This document shows, piece after piece, positions 10,801-20,035 of a stretch of 64,000 bases of DNA. The notes beneath the pieces were generated by a model. That model was given only the letters and a program-made list of their open reading frames with translations, ran no database searches and was not told the DNA's origin. Each line of letters starts with the position of its first letter. Positions within the stretch are counted from its first letter, which is position 1. Location: positions 6,869 to 70,868 of IMG/VR virus record IMGVR_UViG_3300008114_000046, one strand, 5' to 3'. This stretch comes from a virus. Its lineage: Duplodnaviria; Caudoviricetes. The position numbers and the translations under genes are program-made.

Positions 10801-11382
10801 ACCAGAAATAGCACCGATGATTTGCTTACCAACATAGTCAACGTTAAAGCGCTTGTGTGTAACTTCTAGATATTCTGGTCTTTCCCAGATACCATCAGAA
10901 ACACGAAGAATGTTATCGGCTGGATAACGTACTTCAGCAGCTGTACCATATACCAATTTGAAGAACAAGTCAATAGAACGCTCAGTACCCTTTGAACGAT
11001 ACAGGTCGAGCGAGTTCTTAATTAGAAGTTCTTTGTTTGTGGCAGTATCAAACTGAATGTTTTTGAGATACTTTTCTTTGAACTGTAGAATAAACTCATC
11101 TACAGTCGTATCAATATCACGATAGTCTGGAAGCTTGCGAGCTTGGTAGAGAGCAGCAGGACCTATTGCTTTATTTGAGCTATTAGATGTATAACTAATG
11201 TTTGCAGATGAATCAATATAAGGGGTTACAATATCACCGTTGGCCGCCGTATAAGAACCGCTATTCTCCATCCATTCAAAATATGCTTTGGCAAAAGCAA
11301 TGAACTGTGGACCCTCTTCCTGATAGAAAGAAGGAAACTGGTTCTCAACAAATGGAGAAATTATTGCTTCTATTTTCTTCAT
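7816..11382 (-). CDS. gp7: N-terminal part of gp7-like baseplate wedge initiator
   Basis: N-terminus VENQFPSFYQEEGPQFIAFAKAYFEWME...LYRSKGTERSIDLFFKLVYG; directly downstream of gp6. Confidence 0.75.
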   Translation of the reverse strand: MKKIEAIISPFVENQFPSFYQEEGPQFIAFAKAYFEWMENSGSYTAANGDIVTPYIDSSANISYTSNSSNKAIGPAALYQARKLPDYRDIDTTVDEFILQFKEKYLKNIQFDTATNKELLIKNSLDLYRSKGTERSIDLFFKLVYGTAAEVRYPADNILRVSDGIWERPEYLEVTHKRFNVDYVGKQIIGAISGAKAFVEKFIRRRTSVGYVDILYISGRQGEFTNGELLGLNVNNNPVYDRTKRAKLIGSVKRVILQDRSRDFRVGDIVTFTGTSNGLGGLARVESVSEATGIVDFIFIDGGYGYTLNSESIISEKVITLDSVVANTNSDQYFRLFEQAVEPIVNATFTSATANLTIGQTLSRYASNGQVSGAGKIVDIDQTGSNGTIMISHVNGVFTNTATYFTPGNVISFHANTVEDRTIGGKVMGIPQVYTLTLRNQNGTLAVNQSVLYKNTSAIVGRGTIQSITADGTGNTVVINNTRGAFPIGERLEVSTDSSISANVTAVSLTVGVYDIRKFISTLKYSTANNSELLHSNRIYRYDSAGKKIAEGLLLTVSHDAGTSSGNLTFVPIKGYFTETDTFYTGANTGRATVVTYTVANAGGDYIASEHARLFTQTTNTTAIPLTTSFGSGAQFNVGTLGDTEDIFIGTDLISANGVGTLDYDRVTLTVGSSSAFAVGDRVYQEVNKIAFNASSSVNATTGKITLPSASTLFNIGDIVRYQVAAGNTALNGLYNGDYYYVAATTATDVILSHPYRKFDQINSTNFSTFANNKVDEAGHYLYKLAHGTVFEKSTGVLRTKDNHNYFSVTGGTADVSTFANSNIIKYGATSTNTTIDAVAVYTTLNQANQVYSALPIAGAAFGFPKNPQGDSKNKIFTCLTFDKFTLGSIGALSGIDPGAGYNVDPYVLAYQPYISAFGRRDFIINISGATGVYAVGERVNQTLADLRYYDLKVDNGAYSDTFDEKLVTVNVDDEIQSGNDFILYVSNSSTFNTTDDVNSNTDFISITNANGIYPVNTYVRYYTNNGNTALSSLANNAFYYVAMSNSSGITLATSQGGANINLTQASNVATFNSNTNVQNSNDFITIATANTLFANGQQVRYITGAGNTAVTGLTNNALYYVRYANTTGLALSETAGGANVNITALDPGGGGHFLRYYNPAANGHNIVKYANDWIQTVGCTRWNSKSN

Positions 11383-13175
11383 TATTCTCTAATCTGTTCG
11401 ATTGTGATGTTCACGTCTGATTCAATGATATTTAATATCACATTCTGGATGGCAGTAATATCGCGTGATCTTGGCTCAGCATAGATCTTCAGTGATGTAC
11501 CTACATAGTTTTGAATATTAAAGTTATTCAGTCTTACTACGCCTGTGTCGTAATCAACAGTTCCAATATCAATAATCTTCTTATGGTTTGCTCCAGTAGG
11601 AGTTACAATTCTCATAACACCATCACCGTTATCTTCTAGAACACAGTTCTGGATTCCATTATATGTAAACGCGGTTGATGTTACACCATGTACGTCAATA
11701 ATAGGATGCTCATCACCTAATAGAGGAATTTCATAAGTCAGCGGACACTTAAAATCTATTGTTAAGTTTAAAGCAGTGCCGATTTGTGGAGTAAGATATT
11801 TTACTAGATTGATATCTGTTTCATTACTAATAATGCTGGCATCTGTTGCATCGACTGCTTGAACAAGCTTAGAGTATCTAAATGTTTTTGCAAAGCTATT
11901 TAGATTTGTTGATGCATAGTTTAGAATAGCATCAATAACATAAGCGCGAAGATCTTCAGGATTTAGACCTGTTCTGTTAATGTTATAACGAACAGTACTA
12001 TCAACTTTAAGATAGGTATAATCTGGAGTAATGAAAAGTGGTTCCATTGCAACCGAAGAGCGTGAACGAAGGAATCTTTTGTATTCGTCTTCTTTAATCT
12101 TTGGTAGACCATCAACATCTGTCAGATCAACAGAAACAAAGATACGACCATATTGTGGAGGAGTTGCATCCTCACCACCGTATGCTATGACAGCATTAAT
12201 TTCTGGATAGTTGGCCTTCAATAGATTCTCATAATCTTCAGCCGTGACTGCACGTTCTTGAGTTGTGAAAGCTCTTGGAGCATTGAACTTGATTGAGTTC
12301 AGATCTTCTGCAACGGTTCCATCTGCGGCTGCTGATAATGTTGTAATAGCTACATTGGCTTCATTATCAATACGAGCAGCATTAATAAATCTAAATGCGC
12401 CGTTCGGAAGTTCACCATTTGATGTTCTGTATTCGATTACTACAATCGAGTTATTCTTTGGCTTGCGTCCAACAACACCATCGCCAAATACTACTTCATA
12501 TGTATCACCGACTGCTGGCTGTAAGAAGAATACTTTAGCATTTTCATCATGACCGAATAGCGAAGTAGCACGTGAATATTCTAGTGTTGTAGATCCATTG
12601 TCTTCAAGTACAGTAACAGTAACGCTGGAAATGTCAACGGTTTTGTTGTTAATCTTATAAATTAATGGATTGCCATAATCTACGGCATATGTGTCTGTAA
12701 GATAAACACCTTCATAGATATCAATAGATTCACTTACAAAAGAACTATTTGTTTTTGTAGTAAGTACTACGTTTTCATTTGTAGTAAACGTATAAGAAAA
12801 ATCATTCACTCTTGAAATAAAGGTCGTGCCTTTAGGAACTACAATTGAGTTCTTTGTAGTATCCGTTGGAGTAATTCTTAGTTGAACTTTTGCTTTAGAT
12901 GATGTAAACGAACGAGGAAGATAGTTCAATTCTTTTGCGTGTGAAACTACGCTATCACGAAGTCTTGCACTATCAAGAAACATCTCATTACCAACCATGT
13001 TCATATAGAAAGCATTTTGGTATGTATTATAAGCAAGCAGGTCCATAAGCACTGACATGTTACTAGAATCAAAATCATAATCCTTGAACTCAGTCTGTTC
13101 TTGGAGATATGCTTTTAATGATGTCTTGTAAGACGCAAAGTCTAACTGTGTTAGTATGATACTTGAATTAGCCAT
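11382..13175 (-). CDS. gp6: Baseplate wedge subunit gp6
   Basis: LDFASYKTSLKAYL...DYDFDSSNMSVLMDLLAYNTY...FLDSARLRDSVVSHAKELNYLP and RAVTAEDY motifs. Confidence 0.92.
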   Translation of the reverse strand: MANSSIILTQLDFASYKTSLKAYLQEQTEFKDYDFDSSNMSVLMDLLAYNTYQNAFYMNMVGNEMFLDSARLRDSVVSHAKELNYLPRSFTSSKAKVQLRITPTDTTKNSIVVPKGTTFISRVNDFSYTFTTNENVVLTTKTNSSFVSESIDIYEGVYLTDTYAVDYGNPLIYKINNKTVDISSVTVTVLEDNGSTTLEYSRATSLFGHDENAKVFFLQPAVGDTYEVVFGDGVVGRKPKNNSIVVIEYRTSNGELPNGAFRFINAARIDNEANVAITTLSAAADGTVAEDLNSIKFNAPRAFTTQERAVTAEDYENLLKANYPEINAVIAYGGEDATPPQYGRIFVSVDLTDVDGLPKIKEDEYKRFLRSRSSVAMEPLFITPDYTYLKVDSTVRYNINRTGLNPEDLRAYVIDAILNYASTNLNSFAKTFRYSKLVQAVDATDASIISNETDINLVKYLTPQIGTALNLTIDFKCPLTYEIPLLGDEHPIIDVHGVTSTAFTYNGIQNCVLEDNGDGVMRIVTPTGANHKKIIDIGTVDYDTGVVRLNNFNIQNYVGTSLKIYAEPRSRDITAIQNVILNIIESDVNITIEQIRE

Positions 13176-13606
13176 TATCTCGCTCTGTACAGTGTGAGGT
13201 TAAGAGTTACCGGATTAACATTATTTATTACTTCAAAAACGATGAATACATCATATGCTTGGCGAGCTTCAAATGGATAAATCTCAACGCTAAGAACTCG
13301 TGCTCTTTTTTCAAATTTAGAAATAGTATCTTCAATCATGTCTTTCATGCGAATGGAAGTTGTTTCCACCATTGGCTCGAAAAGCAATGATCGAATGTTG
13401 CATCCAACTTCAGGCTGAAAAAAGCGTTCGCCTTTATCAGTTTGAATAAGATTTCGAATTGATCTCTTGACAGACTCTTCGTTTACGTATTTTACTAAAC
13501 GCTTGGTTTGAGGATGCGCGTTGAAGTTATTATAGAAGTCACTATAATAAGGTTCGCCGGTCTTCTCGGTCCTAGTAATCCTATCAATTCTAGAAATGTC
13601 TGCCAT
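13175..13606 (-). CDS. gp25: Baseplate wedge subunit gp25
   Basis: SVKRSIRNLIQTDKGERFFQPEVGCNIRSLLFE motif; upstream of gp6. Confidence 0.92.
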   Translation of the reverse strand: MADISRIDRITRTEKTGEPYYSDFYNNFNAHPQTKRLVKYVNEESVKRSIRNLIQTDKGERFFQPEVGCNIRSLLFEPMVETTSIRMKDMIEDTISKFEKRARVLSVEIYPFEARQAYDVFIVFEVINNVNPVTLNLTLYRAR

Positions 13607-13626
13607 CTAATTCTCTTTATTTTTAT

Positions 13627-14892
13627 TTATTCTACGTAAATGACTTCTACACAATCTGGAAGTAAGTTCTCAATTAAACTGCCAAAACTAAAGATTGGTG
13701 GTAAGAGTATGCTCAGTACTTCACATTCAGTCAGTGGATTCTTACCTGAAAGAATATCTGCTACTCTTTTAATAATCTTAAAGATCTTACCAACAATAGG
13801 AAACTGCTCTAAGATATAACCAGGAGCTTTGGTAATAATTTCATTAATCTTGACAATCAATCCACCCTTGAAGAACCTACGAGCTTTCTGGATAAACTCT
13901 TTGAAGGCATCTTCCAACTCATGAAAGATATCTTCTTTCATGACGATATCTCTCTTGTTTGTATCGACATCGATCAGATCGCCGAGCGTTCCGATCAGTG
14001 GAATCTGAATCGCCAGGATCTTTTCAATCACTTCATCTAATATCTTTTGGCCAAGATCCTCAACTGCTTTACCAGATAAGACATCTTCCTTGGCCTTCTT
14101 AATCTTGGCCTTGTACTCAGCAACCATCTTATCAAAAGCTTGTTCAACCGTAATGGTAGGATCCACTGCAGCAGTAACCAGATCATAGATTGGTTTACCA
14201 ATAATCGGAATAGCCTTTACTGCTTTTGCAATAGCATTAGCCACAGATCCAATAAAGTCATTGATAAGTTCGTTAAACCAGTTCTTTACCTTATGCCATA
14301 CTTCTTCTGCTTCAAGATCCGGTGCCTTAATTCCTAGACTTCCATCATACTTAGAATCAATACCAAGGAACTTTTTTACCTCTTCAAGATCTTCTTTAAG
14401 GGCTGCCTTTATCTTTTTTTGGCCGGCCTTTGTGAACATATCAATAATCAAAGGATCGTACTTGTATGGATTGCCTTTGTCATCTACTAGCGTTGCTGTT
14501 CCAATAAAAGGAATCGGAACGATAAAAGGATTAGGAACGCCAAGAAGCTTGGCAACGTCTAGAAGGATCTCTACGATACTTTTCTTAAAGTATTCTTCAA
14601 TGTCTTTACCAAGTTCCCGTGCACGGTATCGAAACTCGAGCTCTTTTGATTTCAGTCTATCAAATGGCTTTGTTGTTATAGCGTCAACTGGTTGCAATAT
14701 CTCTTCGATAGCAAGCACGGCAGCAATAACAGCCAACGAACACCCATCATCGACATCAGATGCAGACGCATTAAGTCTGCCCATTGTTCTACCAATGTTC
14801 TTAAAGTACGCGTTTAGTTCTTTCTTTCCAATTTTGCCGTCTGGTGGGCATTCCAACTTTGGAATCTTTGGAAGCTCAATAGTGATCGTCAT
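13627..14892 (-). CDS. Hypothetical protein (421 aa) with repeated IPxIG motifs, between gp5 and gp25
   Basis: Long ORF translationally coupled to gp5 (ATGA overlap). Confidence 0.75.
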   Translation of the reverse strand: MTITIELPKIPKLECPPDGKIGKKELNAYFKNIGRTMGRLNASASDVDDGCSLAVIAAVLAIEEILQPVDAITTKPFDRLKSKELEFRYRARELGKDIEEYFKKSIVEILLDVAKLLGVPNPFIVPIPFIGTATLVDDKGNPYKYDPLIIDMFTKAGQKKIKAALKEDLEEVKKFLGIDSKYDGSLGIKAPDLEAEEVWHKVKNWFNELINDFIGSVANAIAKAVKAIPIIGKPIYDLVTAAVDPTITVEQAFDKMVAEYKAKIKKAKEDVLSGKAVEDLGQKILDEVIEKILAIQIPLIGTLGDLIDVDTNKRDIVMKEDIFHELEDAFKEFIQKARRFFKGGLIVKINEIITKAPGYILEQFPIVGKIFKIIKRVADILSGKNPLTECEVLSILLPPIFSFGSLIENLLPDCVEVIYVE

Positions 14893-15593
14893 CCATTAAG
14901 TCCGATTATGGTGCCTTGAATATTAACAACGCCGTTTGCCGATTTTATATTGATATCTTTATCAGCTACAATCTCAATCTTGCCATCAGCAGCTATAATC
15001 TGTAAACCGCCTTTAACAACAGAAATTTTATGGTCCTCCATTGTGACACTTACAGAATCTTTCATAGACTTTGTAATGATAGTGCCATCTGGAAAGATCT
15101 CAACATAAGATCCGGACTTATGATATACATGAATACGTTCTGCTTTTGGTGTATCGTCTAACTCTAGAACATGACCGCTCTCAGTTGTAATAGTTTTATT
15201 GTGCGGATATTTTGCAGCGTATTTGGTCTCTTCTTCGTGCAATCCGGTAACGTAATCCTTCTGTACAGGACCGACGCCTCGAGCATAACTGGAAATCGAA
15301 TGGTTGTTATCATCCTGTGCATAAGCAATTGTACCAACTACATATGACAAAGCATCATTGATTTTGAATCCCAACACCTTTGAATCTACTGTAAGTCCAT
15401 GTGGACTCATTCCCACGCCTTTTGCATTTGCACTGGCTGGAGACATAAGAACATGAGACCAGAATAGATTGTCTGGATTTTCACGATATTTACCTACAGA
15501 GTGGCCAAGCACTTCTTCAACCTGAACTCTACCAAGCTTTTCAGGATCGTCGATGCTATGAATCTTTCCTTCAAACCACTTTTGGATATCCAT
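14889..15593 (-). CDS. gp5: Baseplate hub/spike gp5-like (OB-fold plus beta-helix, no lysozyme domain)
   Basis: WFEGKIHSIDDPEKLGRVQV and YPHNKTITTESGHVLELDDTPKAERIHVYHKSGSYVEIFPDG motifs; only 234 aa. Confidence 0.88.
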   Translation of the reverse strand: MDIQKWFEGKIHSIDDPEKLGRVQVEEVLGHSVGKYRENPDNLFWSHVLMSPASANAKGVGMSPHGLTVDSKVLGFKINDALSYVVGTIAYAQDDNNHSISSYARGVGPVQKDYVTGLHEEETKYAAKYPHNKTITTESGHVLELDDTPKAERIHVYHKSGSYVEIFPDGTIITKSMKDSVSVTMEDHKISVVKGGLQIIAADGKIEIVADKDINIKSANGVVNIQGTIIGLNG

Positions 15594-15603
15594 TATATCT
15601 TCC

Positions 15604-16881
15604 TTATATTAACTTAGCTGTTGGCAATTCGCCATAGATACCATCTTTTACAATTTCAAGTGCTTGTAAATACTGAGCGTTTTCATTGAAGTTTAGAATG
15701 TGGCGACATGACGTTACTAGATAATTACCAGCCAGAGTCTTACTTGATTCTCTGTAAGCGTTGTTTTCACCTGTAGTCAAACCATCATGAATTGGAATGT
15801 CTGCAGTAATTACATCACCAACAGTAATTGTTGAATCTCCGTAAATTGTAATATGAGCAATAGTGTTTAAAAGATGCGCCATATAATATAGTCTAACAGC
15901 TTCAGCATTTCCACTGTCAGATTCTTCTACGGTAGGATCGTAGTATGTTAACTTACATGTAGTTTCATTTTCAGATAAATCGTTCTGTGTTTTGGCAGAA
16001 AGATTAATCGAACCTTCGTTTAAGTTTACAAAGTCCAGCTTTGTAGAATCAACTTCGATGTCTTCAACTTCACCTGTAATGATATTCTTTCTTTTAATAA
16101 GAACTTTACCAGCACCAATTGCACGGGCAGCCGCTTGACCACCGGTTTGAACTACTTTACAAGCAAGAATGTTTCTCCACTTTGAAGCAGTGATATCTGC
16201 TTCTCCAACTGGCATCTGAACAAAGTACTTATCACCAATCTTGTCTTTGCCTTCTTTAATCAAAGCTTCAAAAGACTTGAAGTGATATCCCTTACTGTTT
16301 TCAAAGAAAGTAAAGCAATGGCCTTTATAAGTACTCGACATTGCTTTCAAACGAATCTTATCAATTGCCACAAATGGATTCAGTCCGGTAAAATTAAAAG
16401 CTTGAAGTCCTTGGGTTTTCTCGAAGAATAGTGGTTTACTACTATCTAAGATACTTAGATGTTCTCGAATTGCTGTTTCACATTCGATTTTGGATTTCAC
16501 ATAAGGAGCATTCTTGATTTGTGTTGATTTAATAGCTTCTTTTGAAACACAAACCAAGGTGAACACAACACCCTTATCGTCTGGTAAAACAGTGCTCGGG
16601 TTTTGTTCTACGGGATAGAATTCATACTTGACAGAAGCTTCTGCATTGTCTTCATATGTAGTATAATTGATACTAATCTTTTGATCTAAAAAGTTAAAGT
16701 GACCGAACAATCCTATACGATCAACAATAATAAATTCAGCAATAGTTGTAGACTCTAGAACATTTTCATAGATGTCGGCTCGAGAACAATATGGTCCCAA
16801 GTGAATAATTCTACCAGTAGAAGTGGTGAGCTCAAACGTGTTTAGTTTGAACTGGCCTTCCCGCATAGAAACAGTCGTCAT
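15604..16881 (-). CDS. Probable baseplate hub protein (gp27-like by position)
   Basis: Between gp53 and gp5; FTFFENSKGYHFKSFEAL and GDSTITVGDVI...LAGNYLVTSCRH resemble hub/late-control-D family motifs. Confidence 0.55.
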   Translation of the reverse strand: MTTVSMREGQFKLNTFELTTSTGRIIHLGPYCSRADIYENVLESTTIAEFIIVDRIGLFGHFNFLDQKISINYTTYEDNAEASVKYEFYPVEQNPSTVLPDDKGVVFTLVCVSKEAIKSTQIKNAPYVKSKIECETAIREHLSILDSSKPLFFEKTQGLQAFNFTGLNPFVAIDKIRLKAMSSTYKGHCFTFFENSKGYHFKSFEALIKEGKDKIGDKYFVQMPVGEADITASKWRNILACKVVQTGGQAAARAIGAGKVLIKRKNIITGEVEDIEVDSTKLDFVNLNEGSINLSAKTQNDLSENETTCKLTYYDPTVEESDSGNAEAVRLYYMAHLLNTIAHITIYGDSTITVGDVITADIPIHDGLTTGENNAYRESSKTLAGNYLVTSCRHILNFNENAQYLQALEIVKDGIYGELPTAKLI

Positions 16882-17699
16882 CTCTTAATTAACTCAACAA
16901 ATTGCTTTTCAATGTCTGGCAAATAACTTGCTTTAATAATATTCACATATCTCTTTAGTTCGTTTTGCTCTTCTTCATAATCATATGCTGTTACAGGCGA
17001 CCAGAAAGAAGCTTCTAAATCCGAAATATTTTTATTAAGAATTGTAGCAGAAGTAATACCATCTGCAGTGTTAGCAACAAACGCTCCAGTAATATGCTGA
17101 AGTGTGATTGAATTATCATCAGCATTCTTTAGAATGACAGTTCCTTCAGCAGTATCTTGCTCGACAACATCTCCAATATTGAAGTTATCAAGATTGCTGG
17201 TAATCACTAACTTTACAATCTGGTTTGTTGAAACTGTCCAATCTTCTTTTACTCTTTCGTAACCGACAATCTGGCTGGTATTGTTTAGTTTAGGCTTCCA
17301 GTATTTTTTAATTACCGGTTGAAGATTATCATATACTGATTCATTGATTAGACTCTCGTCAGACGACCAATCGTTTCTATAGAAAAGTATATTTCTTCTA
17401 GCAATAGTAGTTGATCCGTATTTTGCAGTAATGTAACTTTGAAAGTCTTCTGCCGATCTGTAATAATCGTGATACGGATCTATTACTCCATTTGACAAAT
17501 AAATCAACCAGTCATAATACGGCGAGTTATAGTAGTTGTTTGAAATAACATCTGGTCTAGAAGAACCTTCTTCTAGAACATAGTCAAAATTCGAGTAAAT
17601 GTCTCTCTTTGAAGAATCAATAAAATCAACTCGTGCTAAAATATTCTTAGCAACCTTACCATCATATTCTACAACTGGAAATCTGTTAAAGTATTTCAT
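16878..17699 (-). CDS. gp53: Baseplate wedge subunit gp53
   Basis: MKYFNRFPVVEY, RPDVISNNYYNSPYYDWLI and YDYEEEQNELKRYVNII motifs. Confidence 0.88.
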   Translation of the reverse strand: MKYFNRFPVVEYDGKVAKNILARVDFIDSSKRDIYSNFDYVLEEGSSRPDVISNNYYNSPYYDWLIYLSNGVIDPYHDYYRSAEDFQSYITAKYGSTTIARRNILFYRNDWSSDESLINESVYDNLQPVIKKYWKPKLNNTSQIVGYERVKEDWTVSTNQIVKLVITSNLDNFNIGDVVEQDTAEGTVILKNADDNSITLQHITGAFVANTADGITSATILNKNISDLEASFWSPVTAYDYEEEQNELKRYVNIIKASYLPDIEKQFVELIKR

Positions 17700-18949
17700 C
17701 GATTATTTGCTCCTGCAGCACCTTCGGCAAATGCACTCATTACTCCACTTACACCAGTTTCAACCAAGCGTTTTGCTTCTGCTACACCAGGAAGACGATC
17801 TGATCCACTGTCAGCCATTTTAACAATCTTAGTAGCACCATCTTCTCTTTCAGGAGTTCCAGCTCCAACACCATATTTGTTGGCTGTCTGGATTTCAGTT
17901 TCAATGAGCTCAATAGATAGTTGAATCATTGTTGGTTGCTTTGTGCCATGGAAAAATGATGGCAAACCTTGTGGAGCATAATTGATACTCACATCCTTTA
18001 CCATACACGTATTAAATTTAATAAGGTCGCTGATCTCTGATGGAACAAATTTAATGTCAACCAGTGGAGGATATTGAAGAACAGGTGTACCAAGTTTACT
18101 AAATGCAGGTAAGCAATTCTGCTTGAAAAGATCAATCATAGCTCTTAATGATCTACTTTCATCTGCATTTCTTGGTGTGAATGTCCATTGGAAACTATGG
18201 TTTCTTAATTCAACACCTTCAAAGATTGCTTGCATGTGAGGGTTAGGAATAGCACCGGCCAGTTGTCCAAGAATTTCTCCACCTTGAGCAGAGAGTTCGC
18301 CAATTTTAGTAACAGCAGCATTGTACAATAGAGCATCTAACTGTGAGTTTGCTCTTGCACCATTTCCACCAGCAGCTGTAAATCCAACATCAGCCAAACC
18401 ACCAGCAAATCCTTGTGCACTTGACTTTACATTAATTCCAAACTGCTCTTTAATTTCTCTTGGAATAGGAACCGCAAAGGTATCATATGGTACCAGTTCT
18501 GCGTTATAATGAGGATTTGGTCTTTTATATTGCTTAAATCGCATAAGCATATAGTACTCGCCAAGTCTCTCTGGGAACTGATAAAACTTTTCTCTGTTTG
18601 CTGCACCACCAGTGGAAATGTTTTTAGTAGCGTCTGATGCGCTTTCACCACCAGTTTTAGCGGTCATATTCTCGACAATATATCGAGGAGCCAAACGATT
18701 CTGTTCCGCTTTTGAATCTCTAAAGAAATCATCTTCAGCACCATTGGCCTTGGCATCACCAAAGCGAGATACGAAGTTAGATACGCCAGAAGAAGACAAA
18801 CCTATTTTGCTTAGGCCTTTACCAATTAGATCTTCTACTGTGTTTTCTAGTTTTTGTTCAAGCTTATTCACGGCTTTATCAAGCAGGCGATTAGCAATTC
18901 CGCCACCATTCTTTTTAAAGCTTTTGATATTAAGATTGATAAGTGCCAT
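17696..18949 (-). CDS. gp48: Baseplate tail-tube cap gp48 (start revised to ATG 18949)
   Basis: NPHMQAIFEGVELRNHSFQWTFTPRNADES motif. The track start at 19060 overlaps gp4 and the late promoter, so MALINL at 18949 is preferred. Confidence 0.82.
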   Translation of the reverse strand: MALINLNIKSFKKNGGGIANRLLDKAVNKLEQKLENTVEDLIGKGLSKIGLSSSGVSNFVSRFGDAKANGAEDDFFRDSKAEQNRLAPRYIVENMTAKTGGESASDATKNISTGGAANREKFYQFPERLGEYYMLMRFKQYKRPNPHYNAELVPYDTFAVPIPREIKEQFGINVKSSAQGFAGGLADVGFTAAGGNGARANSQLDALLYNAAVTKIGELSAQGGEILGQLAGAIPNPHMQAIFEGVELRNHSFQWTFTPRNADESRSLRAMIDLFKQNCLPAFSKLGTPVLQYPPLVDIKFVPSEISDLIKFNTCMVKDVSINYAPQGLPSFFHGTKQPTMIQLSIELIETEIQTANKYGVGAGTPEREDGATKIVKMADSGSDRLPGVAEAKRLVETGVSGVMSAFAEGAAGANNR

Positions 18950-18978
18950 TGGCTTCTCTTCTTTGAAAGTTCTCCTCT

Positions 18979-18990
18979 TATTTATAAATA
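18979..18990. promoter_or_regulatory. Overlapping bidirectional T4-type late promoter TATTTATAAATA
   Basis: TATAAATA on + (18983-18990) and on - (18986-18979), between the divergent gp48 and gp4 genes. Confidence 0.85.
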
Positions 18991-18995
18991 GCTCT

Positions 18996-19436
18996 ATGGC
19001 GTACAAAGGCTTTTTCAAACCACTTAACCCTTCGAAATACAGAGGTGATCCCACGAACATAGTGTATCGTTCAAGGTGGGAGCTCGTTTACATGTCTAGA
19101 TTAGATAAAGATCCGAGTATTGTTGAATGGTCCAGTGAAGAACATGTGATTCCGTATCGTTCTCCAATTGATAATAGGATGCATCGATACTTTGTAGACT
19201 TCTATATTAAGAAGAAGATGCCAGATGGCAAGACAAGAGTTGCGCTTATTGAGATTAAACCAAAAGCCCAGACACGCCCGCCAGCTGTAATAAATAAACC
19301 AAATAAGCGTTACATTAATGAAGTGATGACGTGGGGCGTAAATGAAGCCAAGTGGAAAGCAGCAACGGCGTTCTGTAAAGATCGTGGTTGGGATTTTGAG
19401 ATATTAACAGAAGATCATCTAGGATTAACATTTTAG
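18996..19436 (+). CDS. gp4: Head completion protein gp4 (TnsA-like endonuclease fold; start revised to 18996)
   Basis: MAYKGFFKPLNPSKYRGDPTNIVYRSRWE...WSSEE..IPY...HRYFVDF...EIKP...NEAKWKAA. Confidence 0.92.
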   Translation: MAYKGFFKPLNPSKYRGDPTNIVYRSRWELVYMSRLDKDPSIVEWSSEEHVIPYRSPIDNRMHRYFVDFYIKKKMPDGKTRVALIEIKPKAQTRPPAVINKPNKRYINEVMTWGVNEAKWKAATAFCKDRGWDFEILTEDHLGLTF

Positions 19437-20035
19437 TGGCAACTATATTTGATACAATCATTACACAAGGTGTTCGTTCTGGACAGATTCCAGCGCGTAC
19501 TCAAGGTGCACGTGATTGGTTTCGTGAAACAGCCGGTGCAATGCGTAATGTAAATGAACGTACACTGATGAAGGGTGACAATGCTCGCCTGACAACTTCG
19601 CCAATTGTTGGTTCAATGTACATGTTCAACTACGATCCAAAGTGGAAAGATGAACTTCCTTATTACGATAGATTCCCTCTGGTCTTTCCATTTCGTAAAG
19701 TACCTGGTGGATTCTATGGTCTTAACCTTCACTATCTTCCACCACAACTCAGAGCCAAGTTAATGGATGGTCTATATGACTATGCCAACAACACTCGATA
19801 TGACGAGTCAACAAAGATTAAACTTAACTACCAGCTTCTTACAAGTATTGCAAAGATGAGATTCTTCTCTCCTTGTGTGAAGCATTATCTTAACGAGCAT
19901 GTACGTTCTCGCTTTATGTATGTGTACCCTTCCGAATGGGACATTGCTCTCTTTTTACCAACCGAACGTTTTACCAAGCAATCAAAGACTCAGGTATGGA
20001 ACGATTCGAAGAGAATGCTAGGGATTAGAAAGTAA
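19436..20035 (+). CDS. gp2: DNA end protector protein gp2
   Basis: GSMYMFNYDPKWKDELPYYDRFPLV...GLNLHYLPP...CVKHYL motifs. Confidence 0.92.
   Translation: MATIFDTIITQGVRSGQIPARTQGARDWFRETAGAMRNVNERTLMKGDNARLTTSPIVGSMYMFNYDPKWKDELPYYDRFPLVFPFRKVPGGFYGLNLHYLPPQLRAKLMDGLYDYANNTRYDESTKIKLNYQLLTSIAKMRFFSPCVKHYLNEHVRSRFMYVYPSEWDIALFLPTERFTKQSKTQVWNDSKRMLGIRK

Noticed and set aside
14261-14899. 212-aa + strand ORF and the many other antisense or alternate-frame ORFs in the track
   Set aside because: They shadow well-supported genes on the opposite strand and lack RBS or recognisable motifs. The one overlap accepted is the lipobox ORF at 51302-51532.
18612-19060. Long overlapping N-terminal extensions of gp4 and gp48 given by the ORF track
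   Set aside because: The conserved sequences begin at 18996 and 18949, on either side of the bidirectional late promoter
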